Of a stretch of DNA of 64,000 nt, positions 1 through 10,246 are shown one piece after another. The stretch's first letter is position 1. Every line of letters begins with the position of its first letter. A program made the position numbers and the translations under genes. The stretch lies in the NCBI GenBank assembly GCA_965205565.1, contig CBDBID010000043.1, positions 135,997-199,996 on the forward strand, written 5' to 3'. The notes under the pieces were generated by a model that was not told the origin of the DNA, ran no database searches, and was given only the letters and a program-made list of their open reading frames with translations. The DNA comes from Acidobacteriota bacterium. Lineage in GTDB: Bacteria; Acidobacteriota; UBA6911; RPQK01; CBDBID01.

Positions 1-707
1 CGGCGTTCTGTTCGATATCCCGGTAGTTCTGGTCGATCAGCTTCAAAAAGGAATGGCGAGCCTGCATCAGGTCGTAGGAAATGTGAGAGGGCAGGCTCAG
101 ATCGGCGATCTTGAAGTCCGCGTGACCCGGCTCCGGAATCAGAAAAGGCTCGTACTGGGGAGGAATGAAACCGGCGCTGCGAGCGTTCAATCGTCCCCGG
201 CCCGTGGCCACATAGGACGGAATCTCACCGGGTGGTCCCAGTTCCCGGGCCACGATGGAACCGACACTAGGGAAACGGGGTGGTGGTGGAAGGCAAATGG
301 CCGGTGTGCGCGTAGTAGGTGCCTTCCGAGTGAGCGTTGGATTCGGAAGACATGGAACGGATGATCGCCAGCTTGTCCATCTGCTGGGCGACCCGGGGCA
401 GCAATTCGGAAATCTGAATCCCCGGCACGTTGGTGGAAATGGGCTGGAAGCCACTATTGGCCTTGACGTCCCAGGTGTCTAGATGGCTCTGCCCGCCGTG
501 CAGCCAGATCAGGATGCACGATTGCGCCTTGGGAGGAGCGGTGCGCTTCGGCCGGGCCGCCATCGATAAACGCAGATACTGGCTCAGGTTGAGTCCCACG
601 TAGCCCAACGTCCCGACCCGAACGAAGTCCCGGCGTCGAAGTGGACCTACCAAACCGGCTCGGCTTTTTGGATTCATTTTCTCCGGCCTTACTTTACCCC
701 CAGGCAC
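1..707 (-). CDS. DUF1501 family protein (TAT-signal, sulfatase-like). The N-terminal 146 aa are intact (267..707). The C-terminal continuation is in another frame after a shift in the GGGGTGGTGGTGG run at about 277-289, and runs off the window edge.
   Basis: The translation WLHGGQSHLDTWDVKANSGFQPISTNVPGIQISELLPRVAQQMDKLAIIRS aligns with the intact DUF1501 paralog at 44106..45512. The downstream frame reads VGSIVARELGPPGEIPSYV, matching SLGSIIAKEKGPRNQLPAYV of the paralog. Confidence 0.7.
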
Positions 708-856
708 TCAGGATGGCAACCGTTGGTGCGGCCAAGCCTCTTCAGCCAGAAAACCTTTCCCGGTCAGTGGTTGTACACAAACTCGCGGGAGCTGATGAGC
801 GCCCATATCAAGGATTCATAACCCTCCAGCCTGGGAAACCGCTGGCTGATCATCCA

Positions 857-3365
857 TTACAGCTCGACGATCTCGCCTTCTGTCGGAAAGCGTGAAAAAG
901 CGGACAGATAGAGATCTTCGATGATCTGCCGATCGGTCAACCCTTTTAGCATGAGCCGTTCCACTCGGCTCCCCTCACCCGCCAGGCGGGTAGTGTAGGT
1001 GGGCCCGGCCAACCGATGCAGGCTTTGCAGCAGGGTGGGCTCGGGGCCGCGATCCGGGATGCCGCGCCGGTCGTTGCGGCCGTACACCTCAAAGAATCGG
1101 GAGGGAATCAGGGTGGGAAGCAACTGGATGGCCCGAGTGCCGGGTGGCGCTCCGGAACTGGCATCCTCTCCCTCCCTGACGATCAGCTCGGAATCCAGGC
1201 CGGTCACTTGGGAAATCGTGTCCAGCAAGACGGGTGCCTCCAGTAATCGAGGCTGCGAACGGGAGTAATTGATCCTGTCTTTGCCATTGTTCCCGTTGGG
1301 CCTGGCTGACAGTTGATACGTCCTGGATTGCAGGATGCGGCGCATCAGATGCAGCAGATCGTAACCGTGAGTCACGAAATCGGCAGCCAGTTTCTCCAGG
1401 AGTTCGGGGTGAGTGGGTGGATTGGTCGATCGAAAGTCGTCGACCGGGTCCACGATGCCCCGGCCGAAGAATTGGCTCCAGATCCGGTTCACGATGGCTT
1501 GGGAAAAGTAAGGCGAGGCGACCATCCACTCCGCCAGCGGTTTTCGCGGATCTCCCCGCTGCTCTTCCGCCAGTTCCGTTCCGTCCAGAAAACGGGGTGT
1601 CACCACTTCTTTTGTCCGCGGGTGCATCAGCTTGGCGGGACTCCCGTCCTTGCGCTTTCCATGGCCGGCCGGATCGTCGATCACGAAGTAGGGACCCCGG
1701 ACCTGGGTCACATCCCGCACCCGCGTCATGTTGCCGAAGAAGGCTGCTAGCCCCCAGAACTGATCCTGGCTCCAGTTTTCGAAGGGGTGATTGTGACACT
1801 GGGCGCAGCCCAGCCGGCGGCCCCAAAAGACCCGGACTTGCTCGGTGGTAATGGCTTCCACCGGAGTGAGATCCCGAAACGTCCAGTAATGAGAACTGGC
1901 CGGCTCGAAACCCTGGGCCGTCAGGCGCTCCCGAGCCAGCTGGTCGTAGGGACGGTTTTGAGCAATGTTGCGGCGGATCCAATCCTCGTAGCGCTGGGCG
2001 TGCTCCACGTTCAAGGTGGCTCCGCTGTAGACGCGGAATAGTTCGCTGAATCGATAGGTCCAGTACTCGACATATTCGGGCGAGTGGAAGAAGAATTTCG
2101 ATGAGTTGGTCCCGTTTTCGGGGATCCTGGTCGCTCAGGAACTCCCGCACCCGTTCCGGCGGAGGCAAGGTGCCGGTGACGTCCAGGCAGGCCCGCCTCA
2201 GAAATTCGCCATCGCTCGACAGGTGCGACGGAAGGATGTTGAACTTGCGGAGCTTGGCGAAGACGTGCTCATCGATCAGGTTTCTGGGTTCCACCTCCGG
2301 GAAGTCCGCCACCGACTCGGCAATGACTCCGAAACGAGCGCTGGCGGCATGGCCCGCTGCTCGGACTATGATGGCCGTCTCGCCGATCTGCTTGGCGCTC
2401 ACCAGGCCATCCTCGCTGACATCCAGGACTTCGTAATCGTTGGACTCATAGAGAACCTGATCGGTGATGTCCTCTCGCCTCCCGTTGGAGAGGTGGGCGT
2501 TGACCAGAAGCTGGCGACATCCCTGGGAGTCCAGGACCGCCTCAGCCGGGACAATCTCCAGCCTTTCGATCCGGACCGCTTTCTCCCCGTCCTCCGCCCC
2601 GTAGGGAGCGCCACTTTGAATCCAGTTGAGGAGGGTCCGATAATCGGTCGAATCCTGGCTGAAGCGCTGCCCACCGCCGTGCTGGACGGCAGCCGTGGCC
2701 TTCTGCAGCAGCAGGCTCTGTTCGGGCTCTTGCAGGTGGACGCGCGGGGTCTTGGGCTCGTCGGATTCCGCCGTCATCACCTCATAGGTGCCGCCCTGCA
2801 CAATCCAGTGATAATCGTCTTTGGGAAAGAGGGCATTGACGGACAGCTTGAAGCCGCCCTGACCTTTGACACCTCCGTGACAATCGCTGCTGTTGCAGCC
2901 CTTCTTGGTGAAGATCCCGCCGATATCCCGGGCGAAACCAAAGGGTCGGTTCTCCTCGATCCCCTGGATCCGCACCCGGATCCGTGCGGTATGGCCGGCG
3001 AAGCTCCCGATCAGGTCCACTTCGCCGTTGGACAAAGCCAGCAGCGTGACGCCGGTCTCTAGTTGAGCGACGTCCAGCGTCGATAGGTTCCACTCACTCT
3101 CAGAGCTTACGTCCCGTTCCAAACCGTCTTCATAGGTGGCCAGCATCAGGAAGCGCTGGGAGGCCTGGGCTCCCCACAACGTGGGTTGCTGGGGAACGAG
3201 TCGCAACGAGTTCACTTGGGAGGCCGGAGGAAGAGCGGTGGGAGTCATCTTCTGGGTGGACTCCGCTGCGGCAGAGAACGCCAGATGGGTACCGCCACAC
3301 CACACCAGCATCACTGCCAGCGGTGCTGCCAGAGCGGTTTTCCTCGATCTGTCCGGATTTTTCAT
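857..3365 (-). CDS. PSCyt2/DUF1549/DUF1553 protein (Planctomycete cytochrome-like plus PSD domains). It is split into two ORFs (1089..3365 and 857..2014) by a 1-nt indel in the GAAGAAG run at about 2084-2093. It is either a pseudogene or a sequencing error.
   Basis: Motifs GCNSSDCHGGVKGQGGFKLS, LPPPERVREFL, CAQCHNHPFENWSQDQFW. The combined length is 836 aa versus 833 aa for the paralog at 41587..44088. On the reverse complement, the correct frame across the junction reads IEILL|HSPEYVEYWTYRFSE. Confidence 0.8.
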
Positions 3366-3416
3366 CGATCTGACCCCTTTTCCCCGGTCTCATCCCGGGG
3401 CTCGACAGACTCTCGA

Positions 3417-5384
3417 TCACTTTGCAAGACTCCCGGAACTCTGCCTCAATTGGCTCTCCGGATCAGTCGCATCCTGAACCACCATTAGAGGCATTTCGGC
3501 GACCAGCAATCGGGCGCCTGGTCTGCCCTGGATCAGGGGTTGGGCGAAGATCTGCATCCGATGTGGCGTCGGCGTGAGTGGGGCATGCGATTCGGCTTGC
3601 AGGAAGATGGTGATCTTCTGGATATCCGGGAGAAAGCTGTATCTCTTGAAGGTGAAGTCGCGGGGCGTTCGCTTGTTTTCGATGGCGGTTCCCATCAAGG
3701 CCTGTACCCCTTGCGGAAGGCCCTCCACCAGCAAGACCAACTCTCCGGCTCCGTTGCCAAAGTCCCGCTCGCCGCCGCCTTCCGTCACCCTGGCGTCGAT
3801 CTCTTCAATCCGGGTGGTCACGTACAGGGTGGTGGCCATGCCCTGCCTCAGGTTGATGCGATAGGGATCGATTCGGACGTCCTCGAAGCCCCTTCTCAGG
3901 GTCTCTATCGTGACCTCGCCGACGTGAGGAATTTGTTCTCGAACCAGGAGCCGGTACCGGTATTTGGGGCCTCCGGCACGGGCGGTCGCGTCCCGCACCT
4001 GCAGGATGTAATCACCGGACTGCTCGAAGGTCTCGATGATCTTCGGTTCGATCGCCTTGAGGTCCCAGCTGCCCGAATCTCCCAGGGACTCCATGCGCTG
4101 GATGTTGTTGATCGTCACGCGGCCGCTGGCGTCGCGGATCTCCAAGCGGGGGTTGAAGTAGGGCGGCCGGATCTCCAGGGTCTGGAGTTCGAAGGCCAGA
4201 TGCTGGTCCGACTCCAACCTCATGCGGAAGTAATCGACGTCACCGGGCTTTTCGATGGTTCCCTCCACCAATGCTGGAAGAACGATATCGGTGGCCTCGG
4301 CGGTGGCGTTGTTGGGTTCCCGCTCGGGCGCCACAACCAGCCGCATGGGTGCCGGCGAGGGGCGTTGTGGGAGGGCCTCCTCCAAGCGATCAATGCCGCC
4401 TGGGCGCTCCCCCAAGAGGGCCTCGCGCCGGGTAGAGGTGTAGGCCAACGCCTGCGTGCCCACGGTTCGAGACCATAACAGGTTCAGACGATTGGTGCCC
4501 AGCGAGCGCGCGAAGATCCGATCCTTCCAGTGGGGATCCGTCAAACGGTGCAGGTAAGCGGAGGCCGGCCCCACCGGGACGATGCGCAACTGGTAACTGT
4601 GATCCCACCCTCCTTTGAAGCACTCCGATCCGACCTGCAGGAGATAGCAACCCTTCCGGTCGAACCAGTGGCTCAAACCGGAGTTGAGGGGAGTGTCACC
4701 TTCGAAAATCTCGGTGTGAAAGGCCAGGTAAGTGGTCTGCTGGGAGTCAAACCAGCTGCCGCCGGGCGCATCCAGCCGCAGCTGAGGGCGAAACCCCTTC
4801 TGGAGGCCCTCCCGGCTGAGAATCACCTCGAACGCCAGTTCCTGATCCTTCTCCACATCAAAGCTGTAGTAGTCCAGTTCCCCCTGGCGCCCGATCCGGC
4901 CATTGACCACGGCGGGAACGGGGAGGTGCTGGGCCTGACTGGGCTGGTGGTGCGCCAGCTCGGTCTCAGCGATGACCGGATCGTCGTGAACCTGGAAGTA
5001 GAGTAAGTTCGATATTCCTCGTGCGGAGACCAGCCGAAGGGGTTGAGGTCCAAGGCGGCATTCCGGCTCGACGGTCAGCTGCAGCAGCACCCGGAACTCG
5101 CGGTCAGCCTCTTCCGGTGGCGCGGAGTCTTCTCCCTCCTGGGGTACTTCCAGCGATTCGACCTTCAGGATCTCGCCCCGCAGGCCGTCCCGGTCAAACC
5201 AGGCGGAAGCCACTCCGCCCAGCGCCTTGCCCCGCACCTCGACTCGCAGGCTGCTGCCCGCTCGGGCTCCCAGGGGGAAAAGCGCCTGCAGCTGCGGCTC
5301 AGCGGGTTGAGAGGCTAGAGCCTGAGGAGGCAACAGGCAGCTGCTCCCCAGGATTGTCGACAGCACCAGCCGGGCGAGGGTCAT
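3417..5384 (-). CDS. Secreted protein with tandem PPC (pre-peptidase C-terminal)-like beta-sandwich domains. It is a paralog of 39606..41570.
   Basis: Signal peptide MTLARLVLSTILGSSCLLPPQALA. Repeats ELDYYSFDVEKDQELAFEVIL and PGDVDYFRMRLESDQHLAFELQTLE. Its domain order is collinear with the 654-aa protein at 39606..41570. Confidence 0.65.
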   Translation of the reverse strand: MTLARLVLSTILGSSCLLPPQALASQPAEPQLQALFPLGARAGSSLRVEVRGKALGGVASAWFDRDGLRGEILKVESLEVPQEGEDSAPPEEADREFRVLLQLTVEPECRLGPQPLRLVSARGISNLLYFQVHDDPVIAETELAHHQPSQAQHLPVPAVVNGRIGRQGELDYYSFDVEKDQELAFEVILSREGLQKGFRPQLRLDAPGGSWFDSQQTTYLAFHTEIFEGDTPLNSGLSHWFDRKGCYLLQVGSECFKGGWDHSYQLRIVPVGPASAYLHRLTDPHWKDRIFARSLGTNRLNLLWSRTVGTQALAYTSTRREALLGERPGGIDRLEEALPQRPSPAPMRLVVAPEREPNNATAEATDIVLPALVEGTIEKPGDVDYFRMRLESDQHLAFELQTLEIRPPYFNPRLEIRDASGRVTINNIQRMESLGDSGSWDLKAIEPKIIETFEQSGDYILQVRDATARAGGPKYRYRLLVREQIPHVGEVTIETLRRGFEDVRIDPYRINLRQGMATTLYVTTRIEEIDARVTEGGGERDFGNGAGELVLLVEGLPQGVQALMGTAIENKRTPRDFTFKRYSFLPDIQKITIFLQAESHAPLTPTPHRMQIFAQPLIQGRPGARLLVAEMPLMVVQDATDPESQLRQSSGSLAK

Positions 5385-5671
5385 CCTGGGTCGATCCCAG
5401 TCTTCCGGGCTCAAAGTGCGCGGGAGGCGACGAGCGATGGCGCCGCTGGACCGGCTGACCAAGACGAGCTTCCGGTTTCGGGGCCAGGTAATCATGCGTC
5501 TGGCCGGTTTGAATCCCTCTGGAGGCGACCCGATGGACTTGCGGGATTCTTCCCACCCCGGCCTCGCGAGGCGTCCTAGCGCATGGCCAAAGCCTAATCC
5601 CGCCGGCGCCAGCCACCCGAAAACGGCGCGAGATCCACCCCGTCGCTACACTTATCTGAGCGAGAACTATA

Positions 5672-6506
5672 TCATTTCCGGTCCCATCGGGCAAGGTCAT
5701 TCCGTTGGCTCACGACACCAGTTTCGCCACCTCGAAGTGCATTCCGTCGGGTCTGGACCTGAATGTGTCCTCCCCAGAAGAAACCGTGTTCATTGGCGAT
5801 GTTGACCAGCTCCCGGACCGACCCTTCCTGACCTTCCAGGGCCGGGAAGGCCCCGAGTCCATTCCATCTGGCATTGATGTCAAAGGCGCTGCCAAAAGGA
5901 TGATTGCTGAGCTTGGTGCGACTGCCGCGGATGAAGCGCGCGTTGTAGCTTCCTTCGAAAGTCAAGATGTGTTCGGAAAGACCGGCCGTTTCCCAGGCCT
6001 GCCACAGCGTTTTCAACTGCTCGACCGCCTTGCGATGAAAGTCAGCCCGAACTGGGTCTCCCGAACACGGAGATTCCCTTCAGTTGCGGAAGCTTCACCA
6101 TTTCAATGTTCCGCTCTTGCCAATCGCCCACGATCCGGATGGCCTCCGGATTCTGCGGCGTAGGAGCCGCTTAGAACTCAAACTCGCCGAACATCCGTTT
6201 CCGGTTGCGGGACTGGATCGGGTGGAGAATCGGTTTGTCCACTAGCACCGGATCGCTGGGTCCATCCACCGAATCCTGAAAACCGGCGTCGAAGCCAGCC
6301 ATCAGAGCGGCACCCAGGGTAAAGGGCCCCACGATTCCGTCTGCGGTCAAATCCTTCGAGCGTTGAAAAGCTTTGGTGGCCCTCTCGGTTTCTAGATCGA
6401 AGTCTCCGTTGACCTCTTTTCTCAGGTGTCTCAAACCAAGCAGAAAGTTTTGCCAGCGCTTGACAGCGGATCCCTGGCTTCCTCGGCGCAAGATCTCAAT
6501 GGACAC
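5672..6506 (-). pseudogene. Disrupted cell-wall hydrolase. It has an N-terminal PG_binding_1 domain (6171..6506) and a C-terminal peptidase M15-like (VanY/DD-peptidase fold) domain (5672..6016). The two halves are separated by an in-frame TAA at 6171-6173 and a frame change near 6040-6070.
   Basis: GSQGSAVKRWQNFLLGL...DGIVGPFTLGAL is a peptidoglycan-binding repeat. NHPFGSAFDINARWNGLG...GFFWGGH is an M15 zinc-peptidase motif. The two ORFs are in different frames, and the sequence between them still looks coding. Confidence 0.5.
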
Positions 6507-6912
6507 GGGAATGCCTCCTCTCCAAAAGAATGATGTAGGTTGGATTCCGACTGCTGGGCCTGGCAGGAATCTCTTTCCCAGGATATTAGCGAATGGTCTC
6601 GGTCTTGAACATTCGCCTCCTTACGCGGGAAAAGGATTCGTCCCCGGTGGCTGGCAAAAAGGTCGTGCAGGATCTACTGACAAGGTAAGCCGTCCTTCCT
6701 GGCCAGAGGTCGGTTCCTCGGCACCACCCGAAGGCTCCAAGGCTCCCGTTTCGTGGGCACCACAAGAGACCTCCCGGAACACCCAGCGGGTCAGTGATGC
6801 TTTGGGCGAGGGAGAAAGTCGGGGTGGACGAGTCCGAGGCGGAACTTGTGCGCTCGCAAACGGCTTTTTTATACTGGCAACGGCTGGTACGCCCAGCGGA
6901 TCGGCTGCATGA

Positions 6913-6998
6913 GCCCGGGTGGCGGAACTGGCAGACGCACAGGACTTAAAATCCTGTGGGGGGTGACCCCCGTGCGGGTTCGATCCCCGCCCCGGGCA
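6913..6998 (+). tRNA. tRNA-Leu (anticodon TAA), with a long variable arm
   Basis: Acceptor stem gcccggg/cccgggc, anticodon loop cuUAAaa, T-loop ggttcgatccc, discriminator a. No encoded CCA. Confidence 0.85.
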
Positions 6999-7043
6999 CT
7001 TACAAATCAACAGGTTAAAGAGATCCCTGTCCACCACGACAAG

Positions 7044-7122
7044 CCTGAAATCAGGCAATTGTAACCAAAAATGTAACCGCGCCGACCCAACTCTATCCAA
7101 CCCCAGCCAACCTGAGGTCATT
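7044..7122 (+). repeat. Conserved tRNA-downstream motif, copy A (cctgaaa...TGTAACCaaaaaTGTAACCgc...cccaaccccagccaa...ggtcatt). The first TGTAACC lies 62 nt after the tRNA-Leu discriminator.
   Basis: About 75% identical to 13923..14020 at the same offset from tRNA-Arg. It contains an internal direct repeat with 12-bp period. Confidence 0.6.
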
Positions 7123-7323
7123 CTGGAGCGACTTGTCATTCGCATGTTCGTAGCAAGTTAAGGTGTCCGGTTTAGAGTTGATAGTCGACGACTCCCAACC
7201 CTTGGGAGTCATCCTGTTTCGGGAAACAATCGTGCACGTCCCCATCACGACACAGGGAAGCGCTGACGGCCCAAGGCTGGAGGGCCACGAAATCTGGAGA
7301 AGTGCTCGTCGTAGACGCTCTTT

Positions 7324-10246
7324 TTGACTGTCATTAGCCATTGTGACAGGCTGATCCCGACCATACCCCGTGGATCGCAGGAGACGCTCCCTTTGACCGG
7401 TCCGAAGGCATACAGATCGCTACCTGAGCGCACACCGAAGGTGGGCGAGCTGATCCAAGTACGTTCGAGGAGGTGGCTAGTAGAGGAGGTGGTCGAGCCC
7501 ACGACTCCAAGTCACTCAACCCTGGTCAAGCTTGCCTGTGCGGACGACGACGCCCAGGGTCAATCCCTGGACGTGTTCTGGGCCTACGAGGTTGACCGGC
7601 GGATCCTGGAAGAAGAGGGTTGGAGGGATCTTGCCGCAAAGGGTTTTGACGCTCCTCGGCAGTTTGCGGCCTTCCTCCACATGCTGCGATGGAATTGCGT
7701 CACAGCCACCGATCCAAACCTATTCCAGGCCCCTTTCCGTGCCGGCATAAAGATCGATGCCTACCAGATGGAGCCCTTGCGCAAGGCGCTCCGTCTCCCG
7801 CGCGTCAACCCTCTTCATCGCCGCCGACACCGGCCTGGGTAAGATGATCGAAGCGGGCCTGATCGCTCGCGAGTTGCTCCTCCGCAAGAAGGTCAAGACC
7901 ATCGTGGTCGCCGTGCCCCCGTCCGTGATCGAGCAATGGAAGGGTGAACTCGAGGACCGCTTCGGCCTCGTGTTCGAGATTCTCGATCGGACCTACCTGA
8001 CCAGGATGCTCCGGGAGCGCGGGTTCGGCGTTAATCCGTGGCGAACCCACAGCCGCTTCCTCGTTTCGCACAACCTCCTGATTGATGCGACCTATGCGGA
8101 CCCTCTTTGCGAGTGACTTGGGCCCATGCTGCCGGGGAGTCTACTCATTATTGATGAGGCTCATCACGCCGCACCCGCGAGCGGCGGGCACTACGGCATC
8201 GAGACGAAGTTCACCCGTGCCATCCGTGACCTCTGCGCTCGCTTTGAGCATCGGCTTTTCCTATCCGCGACGCCACACAACGGCCACTCCAACAGCTTCT
8301 CGACGCTGCTGGAGCTGCTCGACCCCTACCGCTTCACCCGCGGTGTCAAGGTTCGCGGCAAGAAGGCCCTCGAGGACATCATGGTCCGACGTCTCAAGGA
8401 GGACATCCGCGAGGTCCAGGGCGGTTTTCCAAGGCGTGTCGTCGAGCGGGTTGTCATTGGCGGCCTGCCCGAAGACGCGCCAGAACTTGAGCTGTCACGA
8501 CTTCTCGATCAATACCGCACAGTGCGCGAAGAGCGTCACGCCATCACCTCCCGCAGAGCCCAGGCCGCGGCAGGGCTTCTCATCGTGGGACTACAGCAGC
8601 GGCTGCTCTCCTCCACGGAGGCTTTCGCGCGCAGCTTGAAGGTCCACCGCAAAACGGTCGTGCGCCAGTGGCAGAAGGCAAGCGCGGAGCCCACCGTGGC
8701 TCCGAAAGCGGTCGAGGAAGAGGCCCTTCTCTTCACCACTTCCCCGGACGCCGCCGACGAGCGTGGCAATTGGCAGCCCGAGCAGCTCGAAGCCGAGGAA
8801 GCGGCTCAGATCGAGGCCGTGACCGCGGCCGCTGAGGTCGGCGCAAAGCGGGACGCGCAGACGGAGGCCCTCTGGCAGCAAGAGCAGGAACTCCTCGACC
8901 AGATGCAGGAAATCGCCGAGAAGACCCGACACCTGCCCGACGCCAAGACCCGCCGGCTCATCGACTGGATCCGGGAGAATATGTGTTCAGGTCTGCCGCC
9001 CTTTGGCCATGTTTCGGCCGGCGCGTCCCCGAAGTGGAACAACCGTCGCGTACTGATTTTCACCGAGAACCGCGAGGGCACGAAGCGCTACCTGAAACTG
9101 ATCCTCGAGCAGGCCATCGAGAGCACTAACCGAGCGGAGGAGCGGATTAAAGTCATCGACGGCCTGACGAGAGGGAGTAGCCGTAAGGAGATTCAGCGTA
9201 GGTTCAACACCGATCCAGCAAAGGACCCTCTGCGCATCCTGCTCGCCACCGATGCCGCCTGCGAAGGCCTCAATTTCCAGGCTCACTGTGCGGACCTCTT
9301 CCACTTCGATCTGCCTTGGAACCCTGGCCGCATCGAGCAGCGCAACGGCCGCATCGACCGCAAGCTGCAGCCGGCTGACGAGGTCCGTTGCCACTACTTT
9401 GTCCTCCCCCAGCGTGTTGAAGACCGTGTACTTGAGGTCCTTGTCAGAAAGACCGAGACCATCAAAAAGGAGTTGGGCAGTCTCTCGAAGGTCATCGATG
9501 ATGACATCGAGCGCAGACTCGGGGGCGGCATCCGCCACCGCGACGCCGGTCAGCTGGCCCGCGACATTGACCAGGCCGACCTCGACGAGGAGCGCAAGCG
9601 CGTTACCGAAGAGGAGCTCGAGGCCACCCGCGAGCGCCAAGAGGATCTGAAGGTACAGATCGAACGCTGCCAAAACCTCCTCGACAGCTCCCGCAAATGG
9701 GTGGACTTTGAGCCTGAGCCCTTCCGTGACGCCCTCTCCTGCTCCCTCGAGTTGCTGGGTGCAGAGCCCCTCGCAGAGACCAGTGACGAGGATGGCTCGC
9801 CGGTTTGGACCTTCCCCCCCCTTGACCGGCGCGCCGGGACCGACGCCAGTTGGGCTGCGACACTGGACACACTGCGAGCACCTCGCAAGACGGATCAGAA
9901 GCTTACCGAGTGGCGTCGTGAGGCACCGATCCGGCCGGTCGTCTTCGAGGATGTCGGCGTCCTCAGCGAGGAGACCGTACACCTTCACCTTGAGCAACGA
10001 GTCGCTCAACGTTTGCTCGCCCGCTTCCGCTCCCAGGGCTTCATCCAGATCCCGATAGGCCAGAAGTCCGGCATCCGAAGTGACCTTTGCCCCATGAAAC
10101 TCAAGCCTCAAACTGCCATCAAAACCGAGCTTCATACCTTCACCCTTTGGGTCGGCCATTTCTTGCTCCATTCATGCGCCATATCTCCTTTATTTATAGC
10201 GTCGTACATCGATAAAAGGAAGCATTTATCGTGTCCCATATGGTGA
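7324..10246 (+). pseudogene. SNF2-family helicase (about 970 aa if repaired). It is broken by an extra C in the CCC run at about 7808-7810 and by an in-frame TGA at 8114-8116.
   Basis: Motif I LFIAADTGLGKTIEAGL, motif II LIIDEAHHA, motif III LFLSATPHNG, motifs V/VI LLATDAACEGLNFQ...QRNGRIDRK. The three ORFs are collinear. ORF2 and ORF3 share a frame across the TGA (DPLCE*LGPMLPGSLLIIDEAHH). Confidence 0.75.

Noticed and set aside
1016-2014. Numerous long antisense or overlapping ORFs, for example 1313..1750+, 1417..1851+, 2106..3062+, 3540..4478+, 8987..10171-, 19065..20225+, 20649..21794+, 25701..26450-, 26668..27921-, 58884..59339+
   Set aside because: These are typical high-GC shadow ORFs on the strand opposite to well-supported genes. 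Their translations are low-complexity and rich in R, P, G and A, with no recognisable motifs.
5672-7300. A prophage at tRNA-Leu, since an endolysin-like gene lies on one side of the tRNA
   Set aside because: No capsid, terminase, portal or integrase genes are found. The hydrolase lies upstream of the tRNA, not in the island position. Only isolated remnants are present.
8114-8116. In-frame TGA in the SNF2 helicase as possible UGA recoding (selenocysteine, Gly or Trp)
   Set aside because: Every other gene in this high-GC window, including selO, groEL and mreB, uses TGA as a normal stop. No SECIS-like context was looked for or is evident. The same gene also carries a frameshift. Pseudogenisation is the simpler explanation.
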